Of a DNA stretch of 64,000 nucleotides, positions 37,192 through 46,829 are shown piece by piece. This DNA is from Rhodobacterales bacterium. Its GTDB lineage: Bacteria > Pseudomonadota > Alphaproteobacteria > Rhodobacterales > Rhodobacteraceae. Numbering within the stretch: the first letter of the stretch is position 1; every line of letters begins with the position of its first letter. The notes beneath the pieces are model-generated. The model saw nothing but the letters and a program-made list of their open reading frames with translations, ran no database searches and was not told the DNA's origin. The position numbers were made by a program, and so were the translations under genes. The stretch lies in assembly GCA_047921295.1 (NCBI GenBank), contig JBLRWK010000015.1:4128-68127 (forward strand), given 5' to 3'.

Positions 37192-39131
37192 GCGCGGTCC
37201 TGCACGCGGGATGACACGACAGGGCGCTCGCGGCGCAACCGTTCCTGCAACGCCTGCACCCGCGCGCGGTCTGCCTCAGGATAGGCATCAAGCGGGGGAT
37301 CACCACGGTAGAGCGCCTGCAATGTGATGTCGCGGGCAATAGGCGCCGCCACGGCAGAGCCGCCGCCGCCATGTTCCACCACGACGGAAACGGCGATGCG
37401 CGGATTGTCATAGGGCGCGTAATTCACGAACAACGCATGGTCGCGCCGTTCCCACGGCAGATCCTCGTTGCGGACAACCCCGCGCGCGCGTTCTGCGGCT
37501 GTGATGTTGCGGACCTGACTGGTGCCGGTCTTGCCCGCCATGCGGTAGCCGTCGGTAATGATGCGGCTGCCGTATGCCGTGCCGCGCCGGTTGTTGGTCA
37601 CCTCGTACATCGCTTTGCGAATGGCGCGCAGGTGGTTCTCGTTGAAACCCAGCGATTCCGCCGGGGCAGGGACCTGCTCGACCCCGTCGATACTGCGGAT
37701 CAGGCGCGGCTCCACCTTGCGGCCCACGGCAAGCCTTGCCGTCATCACCGCCAGATGCAGCGGCGAGGTCAGCACGAAGCCCTGTCCGATCGAGGCGTTG
37801 ACCGTGTCGCCCACAACCCAAGCCTGCCCGAAGCTCTCGCGCTTCCAGTCGCGCGTCGGCGCGCGGCCGCGCGCCACCGCAGACATCGGCAGATCGAAGC
37901 GCACGCCGATGCCCAGCTTTTCCGCCATGGCCGACATCGCGTCGATGCCGACTTTCAGCGCCAGATCGTAGTAATAGACATCGCAGCTTTCACGCAGCGC
38001 GGTCTCAAGGTTCATGTGCCCGTGACCGCCCCGTTTCCAGCAATGGAAGCGACGGCCCGAGATTTCCATATGGCCGGGGCACCAGACCGTTTCCTCGGGC
38101 CTGATGACACCCGCATCCAGCGCGGCCAGAACCGTGACCATCTTGTAGGTCGATCCCGGCGGATAAAGGCCCTGCACCGATTTATTGGCGAGAGGGCGAT
38201 ACTTGTTCTCGGTCAGTGAGGCATAATCCGACACCGAGATGCCGCGGACAAACAGGTTCGGATCAAAGCTCGGGGCCGAGGCGATGGCCAGCAGGTCGCC
38301 GGTCTCGCAATCCATCACCACGGCGGCGGCACTTTCTCCGGCCAGTCGGGCTTGCGTATAGGCTTGCAGGGCATTGTCGACGGTAAGCTGAATATTGGCC
38401 CCGGCCTTGCCCTCCTGACGGTCCAGTTCCCGCATCACACGACCTGCGGCATTGACCTCGACCCGTTTGGTGCCGGCCTTGCCGCGCAGCACGTCCTCGT
38501 GGCGGGTCTCGACGCCGACCTTGCCGATCTGGAAACGGGGAATGCGCAGCAGGTGGTCGGGGTTCTCCATCTTTTGCAGGTCGAAATCGCTGATCGGGCC
38601 GACATAGCCCACCACATGCGCGAAATCCGGCCCTGTCGGATAGGCGCGTGACAGGCCCACCTCGGGCGTGACACCCGGCAAGGCGGGCGCGTTGATCGCC
38701 ACTTTCGAGATATCGTCCCAACTGACACGGTCAGCCACCGTCACCTGCGTATCGCCGCGACTGTCGCGCATCTCCTTGAGGGCGCGCTCCTGATCCGCCT
38801 CGCTCAGGTCGATCAGCGCGGCCAGACGGCGCATGACCAGATCGATATCACCCGCATCCTCGCGCACCATGATGATACGGTAGCTGGGCTGGTTCTCGGC
38901 GATCACCGCGCCGTTACGGTCGAAAATCTGCCCCCGCGCAGGCGCGATCAGGCGGATGCTGATACGGTTCTCCTCGGCCAGAACGCGGAACTGGTCCGCC
39001 TGATCGACCTGCATGTACCGCATCCTGAGGCCAAGCACGCCCATGAAGGCAAGCTGGGCCCCGCCCATAAACAAGCCGCGCCGCGTGATGCGGCGGCCCG
39101 ATTCGGCGCTGTCTTTCGGATGGCGTCTCAT
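37188..39131 (-). CDS. mrdA: penicillin-binding protein 2 (elongasome transpeptidase)
   Basis: The track ORF is 37188..39425. I moved the start to ATG 39131, which overlaps the mreD stop as ATGA. Contains YPPGSTYK (SxxK), SIGQG (SxN-like) and KTGTSQ (KTG). Confidence 0.9.
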   Translation of the reverse strand: MRRHPKDSAESGRRITRRGLFMGGAQLAFMGVLGLRMRYMQVDQADQFRVLAEENRISIRLIAPARGQIFDRNGAVIAENQPSYRIIMVREDAGDIDLVMRRLAALIDLSEADQERALKEMRDSRGDTQVTVADRVSWDDISKVAINAPALPGVTPEVGLSRAYPTGPDFAHVVGYVGPISDFDLQKMENPDHLLRIPRFQIGKVGVETRHEDVLRGKAGTKRVEVNAAGRVMRELDRQEGKAGANIQLTVDNALQAYTQARLAGESAAAVVMDCETGDLLAIASAPSFDPNLFVRGISVSDYASLTENKYRPLANKSVQGLYPPGSTYKMVTVLAALDAGVIRPEETVWCPGHMEISGRRFHCWKRGGHGHMNLETALRESCDVYYYDLALKVGIDAMSAMAEKLGIGVRFDLPMSAVARGRAPTRDWKRESFGQAWVVGDTVNASIGQGFVLTSPLHLAVMTARLAVGRKVEPRLIRSIDGVEQVPAPAESLGFNENHLRAIRKAMYEVTNNRRGTAYGSRIITDGYRMAGKTGTSQVRNITAAERARGVVRNEDLPWERRDHALFVNYAPYDNPRIAVSVVVEHGGGGSAVAAPIARDITLQALYRGDPPLDAYPEADRARVQALQERLRRERPVVSSRVQDRA

Positions 39132-39667
39132 ATCCGCTGCCCCAGCCTGTCCAGATCGCCGGGGGCGGCTTTGCGGACCCCGAAAACCAGTTGAGAGATC
39201 ATGACAACCACAGGATAACATATCAAGGTCATCACGACATGGATCACGCTGAGCCCAAGCGGGGCCTGCGGCACCATCAGGATCGCCAGCACCAGCCGGT
39301 TGCCAAGTGAAATCGCCACGAAGATACCGGCCACGGCCAGCCATTCCGTCATGAACGGCTGATCCCTGAGGATGCGCGCGCGCGATCTGAGCGTCTGAAC
39401 CGCCATCACCATCAGCGCTGCCCACAGGCCCGGGGGGCGCAGATACAGCAGATCCGCCAGCAGGATCACAAGCGCCACCGACAATGCGGGGACGAACTCA
39501 GGCCGCCGCAACGTCCATGCGAAGGTCAGTGCGACCAGCAGATCAGGGCCTGCCCAGTTGCGTGGGCGGGTGTCCAGCGGGATCAGATTGACGAGGATCA
39601 GCACCAGCGCCAAAGCCAGATACACCAGACGCATACCCCAGACGCGTGCGGGCGATCCCTCAGCCAT
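39128..39667 (-). CDS. mreD: rod shape-determining protein MreD
   Basis: The track ORF is 39128..39745. I prefer ATG 39667 (MAEGSPARVWGMRLVYLALALVLIL). It is a small polytopic protein located between mreC and mrdA. Confidence 0.8.
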   Translation of the reverse strand: MAEGSPARVWGMRLVYLALALVLILVNLIPLDTRPRNWAGPDLLVALTFAWTLRRPEFVPALSVALVILLADLLYLRPPGLWAALMVMAVQTLRSRARILRDQPFMTEWLAVAGIFVAISLGNRLVLAILMVPQAPLGLSVIHVVMTLICYPVVVMISQLVFGVRKAAPGDLDRLGQRI

Positions 39668-40592
39668 CGGTGTTCTCCGCCTCTGACAGGGCTTCGTCCA
39701 GCGGGGACAGGGGCAGTGGCAGTGTCGGCTGCACAACCGGCGCAATCAAGCCGCCGGGATCGCGGATCACCTCGGTGCCCGGATTGCGCAGCACGCGCAG
39801 GAACTCCAGCCGCTCGTAATCCGCCGCAAGAATGACCCGCAACCGCCCGCCCGGATCGGCGGCGACCTGTCCGATCAGCAGGCCAGCGGGAAACACGCCA
39901 CCATCGCCGGATGAGACAACGCGGTCACCTGGGCGGACCAGATCGGAATCCTCCAGAAAGGAGATCGGCGGTGACATCGTATTGTCGCCCTGAATGATCG
40001 CGGTCTGGCCCGAAGGCTGGATCGTTGCAGGGATGCGGCTGGCGGGATCGGTCAGCAGGATCACGCGAGACGTATCGCGCCCGACGCCGGAAATCCGCCC
40101 GACAAGGCCGATCCCGTCCATCGTCGCCCAGCCATCCACGATGCCGTCGCGCGCGCCGACATTCAGCAAAACAGACTGCCGGAACGGCGAGCCGCTGTCA
40201 GCCAGCACAACGCCTGTCACGAAGGTCAGGCGCGGATCAAGCCGCACCTTGTTCAGGTCCAGCAGCCGCGCATTTTCCTGCTCAAGCTGCAGGGCTGCCT
40301 CTTTCCACGCTTTCATCTTTTGCAGTTCGTTCCGCAAATCCTGATTTTGCTGCACGATGCGCTGATAGCTCTGAAAATCGCGGACAAGATTGACGCTGGC
40401 CGTGACCGGCGCCATCGCCCAGTCGAAATTGGGCACGACACGGTCCACGACGGCAGCGCGGAACCGCTCCACCCGTGGGCTGTCCACGCGCCAGACAAGG
40501 AACAGGCCGATCAGGCACAAGACCAAGACCCCCACGAGCAAACGCTTGAGGGGGGCCAGATAGTCATCGCCCTGTGATCTGTCCTTCGCCAA
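39660..40592 (-). CDS. mreC: rod shape-determining protein MreC
   Basis: 310 aa with a TTG start. It has an N-terminal TM, a coiled coil (QQNQDLRNELQKMKAWKEAALQLEQENARL), and VSSGDGGVFPAGLLIGQV. Confidence 0.9.
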   Translation of the reverse strand: MAKDRSQGDDYLAPLKRLLVGVLVLCLIGLFLVWRVDSPRVERFRAAVVDRVVPNFDWAMAPVTASVNLVRDFQSYQRIVQQNQDLRNELQKMKAWKEAALQLEQENARLLDLNKVRLDPRLTFVTGVVLADSGSPFRQSVLLNVGARDGIVDGWATMDGIGLVGRISGVGRDTSRVILLTDPASRIPATIQPSGQTAIIQGDNTMSPPISFLEDSDLVRPGDRVVSSGDGGVFPAGLLIGQVAADPGGRLRVILAADYERLEFLRVLRNPGTEVIRDPGGLIAPVVQPTLPLPLSPLDEALSEAENTDG

Positions 40593-40622
40593 GGTCTACC
40601 CCTGTTTCAGAAGGTGGAAGTG

Positions 40623-41672
<1,050 letters not shown>

Positions 41673-41826
41673 TCATGTCCCATAGTTGAAAATGTGCAAG
41701 TAGCCAGCGACTCTGCTTGAGGCGGCCAGGTGCCCTTATAGGGCTGAGGTGCCGTTTGTGAAAGGCCTCGCATGATTTTGCGTCAGCACACTTCCGCCGG
41801 ACAGGGCAATCGGATAAGACGCGCGG

Positions 41827-42612
41827 ATGCTGTCCTATCAACATATCTACCATGCGGGCAATCCGGCCGATGTTCACAAGCACGCGCTGCTATGCGGCAT
41901 GCTGTCCTATCTGACGGCCAAGGACAAACCGCTGAGCTATCTCGAAACGCACGCTGGCCGCGGCCTCTACCGGCTTGATGCGCCCGAAGCGTTGAAGACC
42001 GGCGAGGCCTCGGCCGGGATCGGCGCGGTTCTGGCGCGCGGCGGCATGGCGGCGGATCATCCCTATCTGGGCGCGCTTGCCGAGGTGCGGGCCACGCATG
42101 GACCGGCAGCCTATGCCGGATCGCCGCTGCTCGCGGCGCAGTTCCTGCGCGCGGATGACCGCATGCATCTGGCCGAGCTGCATCCGCAGGAACATGCCGC
42201 ACTGGAATTTGCGATGTCGCCCTACGGCGCGCGCGTCCACCACCGCGACGGGTTCGAGATGGCGCAGGCGATCTGCCCGCCAACGCCGCGCCGGGGCCTG
42301 ATGCTGATCGACCCCAGCTACGAGGCGAAAACCGATTACGAGACGATCCCCGACCAGATCGCCAAGCTGCACCGCAAATGGAACGTGGGCATCATCTGCC
42401 TGTGGTATCCGATCCTGACAGGCAAGGCGCATGCCCCGATGCTGGCCGCGCTTGAGGCGCAGAACCTGCCCGGCGCGTTGCGCCACGAGGTGCGCTTTCC
42501 CCCCGTCCGTGCGGGGCACCGGATGGTCGGCTCGGGCCTTTTCATCGTGAACGCGCCCTACGGGACCGAGGAAGACGCGCAGCGCCTGACCGAGGTGTTC
42601 CGCCCGCGCTGA
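41827..42612 (+). CDS. rlmJ: 23S rRNA (adenine2030-N6)-methyltransferase
   Basis: 261 aa. Contains MLSYQHIYHAGNPADVHKHALL, LIDPSYE and IICLWYPIL. Confidence 0.85.
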   Translation: MLSYQHIYHAGNPADVHKHALLCGMLSYLTAKDKPLSYLETHAGRGLYRLDAPEALKTGEASAGIGAVLARGGMAADHPYLGALAEVRATHGPAAYAGSPLLAAQFLRADDRMHLAELHPQEHAALEFAMSPYGARVHHRDGFEMAQAICPPTPRRGLMLIDPSYEAKTDYETIPDQIAKLHRKWNVGIICLWYPILTGKAHAPMLAALEAQNLPGALRHEVRFPPVRAGHRMVGSGLFIVNAPYGTEEDAQRLTEVFRPR

Positions 42613-42666
42613 GAACGGGCAGGGGGCTGTCTGCCCCAACCGTTCAGCTATGCTGAACGCCCCCGA

Positions 42667-42689
42667 GGATATTTTCAGCAAGAAGAAAC
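42667..42689 (+). repeat. dispersed intergenic repeat, copy G (core, more diverged)
   Basis: GGATATTTTCAGCAAGAAGAAAC, 19/23 identical to the copy B core. It lies 54 nt after the rlmJ stop. Two hairpins precede it: GGGCAG-8-CTGCCC and GTTCAG-5-CTGAAC. Confidence 0.7.
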
Positions 42690-42711
42690 CCGCCGCGGGT
42701 CAGGCGGCGGG
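42689..42711 (-). terminator. rho-independent terminator of leuA
   Basis: The minus-strand RNA reads CCCGCCGC-CUGACCC-GCGGCGGG, then UUUCUUCUUGCUG. That U-rich tail is the reverse complement of repeat copy G. It lies 27 nt after the leuA stop. Confidence 0.65.
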
Positions 42712-42737
42712 CTAAAGGGCTGCAAGGATCGCGTGGA

Positions 42738-44312
42738 TCAACTGACGTCCTTGTAGTTGATCTCGCGCTTGTCGGCACCGGGGCCGGCCTTGTCGCGCCG
42801 CACCAGCAGGCGGTTAAGCGCGTTGACATAGGCGCGGGCCGAGGCGACCACGGTATCGGTATCCGCCGACTGCCCCGTCGAGATCATGCCGTCCTCTTCC
42901 AGCCGCACGCTGACCGTGGCCTGCGCATCGGTGCCCTCGGTCACGGCATGGACCTGATAAAGCTGCAACCGCGCGCTGTTGGGATGCAGGGCGCGCACCG
43001 CCTTGAAGGTCGCATCCACGGGGCCGTCACCCTGTTCGGTGGCGATCATCTCCTTGCCGTCGATCTCCATCTCCAGCGTGGCCTCGGCAGGGCCGCCGGT
43101 GCCGCAGAGCACCTTGAGCGAGACGATCTGCAACCGGTCAGTGCCGCTGTCGGTTGTCGCCGTGACCAGCGCGAGAATGTCCTCGTCATAGACTTCCTTT
43201 TTGCGGTCGGCGAGTTCCTTGAACCGCACGAAGATATCCTTGAGCTGGTTATCCCCCACATCCACGCCCATCTGGCGCAGCTTGTCGCGCAGGGCGGCGC
43301 GGCCAGAATGCTTGCCCATCACAAGGTTGGAGGCGGTCAGGCCGATATCCTCGGGGCGCATGATCTCGAAGGTCTCGGCATTCTTGAGCATGCCATCCTG
43401 ATGGATGCCGGATTCATGCGCGAAGGCGTTCTTGCCCACGATCGCCTTGTTGAACTGCACCGCAAAGCCCGACACGGTGGCGACACGGCGCGAGATGTTC
43501 ATGATCTTGGTCGTATCCACGCGGGTGCGGTAGGGCATGATGTCATTGCGCACCTTGAGCGCCATCACCACCTCTTCCAGCGCGGTATTGCCCGCACGCT
43601 CGCCCAGCCCGTTGATCGTGCATTCGATCTGGCGCGCGCCGGCCTCGACTGCCGCCAGACTGTTGGCGGTGGCCATGCCGAGATCGTTGTGGCAATGGGT
43701 GGCGAAGACGATGCTGTCCGCCCCCGGCACGCGCTCTATCAGCATCCGGATCAGTTCGGCGCTTTCAACCGGCGCCGTATAGCCGACCGTATCGGGGATA
43801 TTGATCGTCGTCGCACCTGCCTTGATCGCGATCTCGATCACGCGGCACAGGTAATCATGCTCGGTCCGCGTGGCATCCATCGGCGACCACTGGACATTGT
43901 CGCACAAGTTGCGCGCATGGGTCACGGTCTGGTGGATGCGCTCGGCCATCTCGTCCTGCGTGAGGTTCGGAATGGCGCGGTGCAGCGGCGAGGTGCCGAT
44001 GAACGTATGGATGCGCGGTTGGCCTGCATGTTTCACCGCGTCCCATGCGCGGTCGATATCGGCCAGATTGGCGCGCGCCAGCCCGCAGATCACCGCCTGT
44101 TTGGAGCGTTTCGCGATCTCGCTGACGGCGTTGAAATCACCCTCGGAGGCGATGGGAAAGCCGGCCTCGATGATATCGACGCCCATATCGTCCAGCAATT
44201 CGGCGATCTCCAGCTTCTCGGCATGGGTCATCGTCGCGCCGGGGCTTTGCTCGCCATCGCGCAGGGTTGTGTCGAAGATCAAGACGCGGTCTTGTTCGGA
44301 ATTGGTGGTCAT
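42738..44312 (-). CDS. leuA: 2-isopropylmalate synthase
   Basis: 524 aa. Contains IFDTTLRDGEQSPG and HCHNDLGMATANSLAAVEAGARQIECTINGLGERAGN, plus a C-terminal LeuA dimerisation/regulatory domain. Confidence 0.95.
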   Translation of the reverse strand: MTTNSEQDRVLIFDTTLRDGEQSPGATMTHAEKLEIAELLDDMGVDIIEAGFPIASEGDFNAVSEIAKRSKQAVICGLARANLADIDRAWDAVKHAGQPRIHTFIGTSPLHRAIPNLTQDEMAERIHQTVTHARNLCDNVQWSPMDATRTEHDYLCRVIEIAIKAGATTINIPDTVGYTAPVESAELIRMLIERVPGADSIVFATHCHNDLGMATANSLAAVEAGARQIECTINGLGERAGNTALEEVVMALKVRNDIMPYRTRVDTTKIMNISRRVATVSGFAVQFNKAIVGKNAFAHESGIHQDGMLKNAETFEIMRPEDIGLTASNLVMGKHSGRAALRDKLRQMGVDVGDNQLKDIFVRFKELADRKKEVYDEDILALVTATTDSGTDRLQIVSLKVLCGTGGPAEATLEMEIDGKEMIATEQGDGPVDATFKAVRALHPNSARLQLYQVHAVTEGTDAQATVSVRLEEDGMISTGQSADTDTVVASARAYVNALNRLLVRRDKAGPGADKREINYKDVS

Positions 44313-44478
44313 GGTGTGTCTCTTTTCTGCTGCTAAAATCTTGGCGCGGGCTGCACATCCTCTGAGCGGTCGCGCCGGAACGGCACGCTCAGAGGCGGCT
44401 TAGCAGGATCAGCAGGGCAGCCGCGAGCGGTACGCCAAAGGGCGCAGCAGGGATCGCGTTATGTGCCAAAATCGTCAT
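44313..44478 (-). promoter_or_regulatory. candidate leuA leader: 29-codon Leu-rich ORF (44478..44389) plus overlapping stems
   Basis: My translation is MTILAHNAIPAAPFGVPLAAALLILLSRL. It has 7 Leu and 2 Ile, and codons 22-26 are CTG CTG ATC CTG CTA. A 10-bp inverted repeat, CCUCUGAGCG/CGCUCAGAGG (44395-44386 with 44368-44359), covers the leader stop. A GGCGCG/CGCGCC stem (44376-44371 with 44348-44343) is followed by AAGAUUUUAG. I saw no clear SD before the leader ATG. Confidence 0.5.
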
Positions 44479-44574
44479 GACGACAGGTTATACGCGGCGA
44501 TGGACAAATGAAAAGCCCGAAATTTGCACAAGCCGCACATTGAAGCGAACCGCGCCGCTGCTACGTCGGCTGGA

Positions 44575-45240
44575 ATGGAACGAGCATTGATCATCGGGGC
44601 ATCGGGCGGCATCGGCGCGGCGATGGTGCAGGTTTTGGAAGCCAGAGGCGTGGCCGTCACCGGCCTGTCGCGCAGCGAAACGGGGCTGGATGTGACCGAC
44701 GAGGCCAGCATCAGCGCCGCATTGGGCGCGCTGGAGCCGGGCTTCGATCTGGTCTTCGTGGCCACCGGCGCGCTGGTGATCGACGGGGTCGCGCCGGAGA
44801 AAACGCTCCGACGCCTGACCGCACAGGCGATGGCGGACCAGTTCGCGCTGAACTGTATCGGGCCGTCGCTTGTGCTCAAGCACAGCCTGCGCCTGCTGCC
44901 GCGTCAGGGGCGGTCGGTCTTTGCGGCCTTGTCTGCGCGGGTGGGCTCCATCGGGGATAATGCGCTGGGCGGCTGGTATTCCTACCGCACGGCCAAGGCA
45001 GCGCTGAACCAGATGATCCACACAGGCGCCATCGAACTGGCCCGCAGCCACAGGGAGGCGATCTGCGTAGCGTTGCATCCCGGCACGGTGGCCACGCCTT
45101 TTACCGAGGATTATGCCGCGACGCATGACACGGTGCCCGCGGATCAGGCCGCCCAGAACCTGCTGCGGGTGATCGACGGGCTGACGCCAGCCGAGACGGG
45201 CCGGTTCTTTGACTGGCAGGGCAAGCAGGTGGCGTGGTGA
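44575..45240 (+). CDS. SDR family oxidoreductase
   Basis: The track ORF is 44524..45240. I prefer ATG 44575 (MERALIIGASGGIGAAMVQ, a TGxxxGxG-type motif). Contains the YSYRTAKAA catalytic YxxxK. Confidence 0.8.
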   Translation: MERALIIGASGGIGAAMVQVLEARGVAVTGLSRSETGLDVTDEASISAALGALEPGFDLVFVATGALVIDGVAPEKTLRRLTAQAMADQFALNCIGPSLVLKHSLRLLPRQGRSVFAALSARVGSIGDNALGGWYSYRTAKAALNQMIHTGAIELARSHREAICVALHPGTVATPFTEDYAATHDTVPADQAAQNLLRVIDGLTPAETGRFFDWQGKQVAW

Positions 45241-46763
45241 CGCGGCTGGTTCTGGTGCTGGGGGATCAACTCTCGGACGGGCTGACAGCCCTGCGCGCCG
45301 CTGATCGCGCCCGCGATATTGTGGTGATGGCCGAGGTCGCGGAGGAGGCGGGATATGTGCCACACCACCCCAAGAAGATCGCGTTCCTGTTCGCGGCGAT
45401 GCGGAAATTCGCGGCCCGCCTGCGCGATGCGGGCTGGCGTGTGGAATACACCGCGCTGGACAACCCCGACAACAGCGGGTCGATCACCGGCGAATTGCTG
45501 CGCCACGCTGCCGCGCAAAACGCGAAGGGTGTGATCGCCACCCAACCCGGCGAATGGCGGCTGATCACGGCGCTGAACGAATTGCCGCTGCCCGTCCATG
45601 TGATCCGCGATGACCGGTTCATCGCCTCTGCCGACGAATTCGAGGCTTGGGCGAAGGGTAAGAAACAGTTGCGGATGGAGTATTTCTACCGCGAGATGCG
45701 CCGCAAGTCCGGCCTTCTGATGGAAGGGGACCAACCCGCAGGCGGCAAGTGGAACTATGATCACGACAACCGCAAACCGGCCCCCGACGATGTTACCTTC
45801 ACAGGACCATTGCGGTTTGAACCTGATGACGAAGTGACTGCGGTGCTGGATCTGGTCGCGCAGCGTTTCGGCAACAATTTCGGGACGTTGCATCCCTTCT
45901 GGTTCGCTACCGACAGCGATCAGGCCCAACAGCAACTCGATCACTGGATCGCAGGCGGGCTGGCGGATTTCGGCGATTATCAGGATGCGATGCTGGCGGA
46001 TCGTCCCTTCATGTATCACGCGCTGATCAGCCTCTACATCAATGCGGGCCTGCTGGACCCGCTCGACGTGTGCCAGCAGGTCGAAGCCGCGTGGAAAGAA
46101 GGCAAGGCCCCGCTCAATGCAGCGGAAGGGTTCATCCGCCAGATCATCGGCTGGCGCGAATATGTGCGCGGCATCTGGTATCGCGAGGGGCCGGATTACA
46201 CCCGCCGCAATGCGCTGGGGCACAGCCATGACCTGCCGGGCCTCTACTGGGGCAAACCCACCGACATGCGCTGCATGTCGCAGACCGTCGCCCAGACGCG
46301 GGACGAGGCTTATGCACACCACATCCAGCGCCTGATGGTGACGGGCAATTTCGCGCTGCTGGCGGGGATTGACCCGTGGCAGGTGCATGAATGGTATCTG
46401 GCGGTCTACGCCGATGCCTATGAATGGGTGGAGGCCCCGAATGTGATCGGGATGAGCCAGTTTGCCGATGGCGGTATCATCGCCTCAAAGCCCTATGTAT
46501 CGTCGGGCAATTACATCGACAGGATGTCGGATTATTGCGGCGGCTGTGCCTACAAGGTCAAGGATAAGACCGGCCCCAAAGCCTGCCCCTTCAACCTGCT
46601 CTACTGGCATTTCCTGATTCGCCACCGCGAACGGTTCTCGTCCAACCCGCGCATGGGGCAGATGTACGCCACATGGGACCGGATGGCCGAGGACCGCCGC
46701 GAAACCGTGCTGCGGGAGGCCGATGATTTCCTGACCCGCATGCAGGCGGGCGCACCTGTCTAA
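45234..46763 (+). CDS. cryptochrome/photolyase family protein, FeS-BCP (CryB/PhrB-like)
   Basis: 509 aa. The GTG start overlaps the SDR stop. It has the COG3046-type N-terminus LVLVLGDQLS. A C-x2-C-x12-C pattern (CGGCAYKVKDKTGPKAC) plus an upstream Cys (MRCMSQ) fit the 4-Cys Fe-S ligand pattern recalled for CryB/PhrB. Confidence 0.8.
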   Translation: MVTRLVLVLGDQLSDGLTALRAADRARDIVVMAEVAEEAGYVPHHPKKIAFLFAAMRKFAARLRDAGWRVEYTALDNPDNSGSITGELLRHAAAQNAKGVIATQPGEWRLITALNELPLPVHVIRDDRFIASADEFEAWAKGKKQLRMEYFYREMRRKSGLLMEGDQPAGGKWNYDHDNRKPAPDDVTFTGPLRFEPDDEVTAVLDLVAQRFGNNFGTLHPFWFATDSDQAQQQLDHWIAGGLADFGDYQDAMLADRPFMYHALISLYINAGLLDPLDVCQQVEAAWKEGKAPLNAAEGFIRQIIGWREYVRGIWYREGPDYTRRNALGHSHDLPGLYWGKPTDMRCMSQTVAQTRDEAYAHHIQRLMVTGNFALLAGIDPWQVHEWYLAVYADAYEWVEAPNVIGMSQFADGGIIASKPYVSSGNYIDRMSDYCGGCAYKVKDKTGPKACPFNLLYWHFLIRHRERFSSNPRMGQMYATWDRMAEDRRETVLREADDFLTRMQAGAPV

Positions 46764-46778
46764 ACAACCGCGCGCGCT

Positions 46779-46801
46779 GCTTCTTCTTGCCTCAAATATC
46801 C
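46779..46801 (-). repeat. dispersed intergenic repeat, copy D (core)
   Basis: The reverse complement is GGATATTTGAGGCAAGAAGAAGC, identical to the copy B core. It lies 28 nt after the stop of the minus-strand MORN gene, between convergent genes. Confidence 0.85.
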
Positions 46802-46829
46802 AGCAACACGCCTTCGACCCGCGCTGTGC

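Noticed and set aside
39132-39425. 5' extensions of track ORFs. Examples are mrdA to 39425, DUF2157 to 4400, the LpoA-like gene to 14654, coaBC from 20880, dcp from 25293, trxB to 57152 and the Hint gene to 58846.
   Set aside because: The extensions overlap the upstream gene, encode Arg/Pro/Gly-rich sequence, and precede an internal ATG that begins the conserved N-terminus, often with ATGA-type coupling or an SD.
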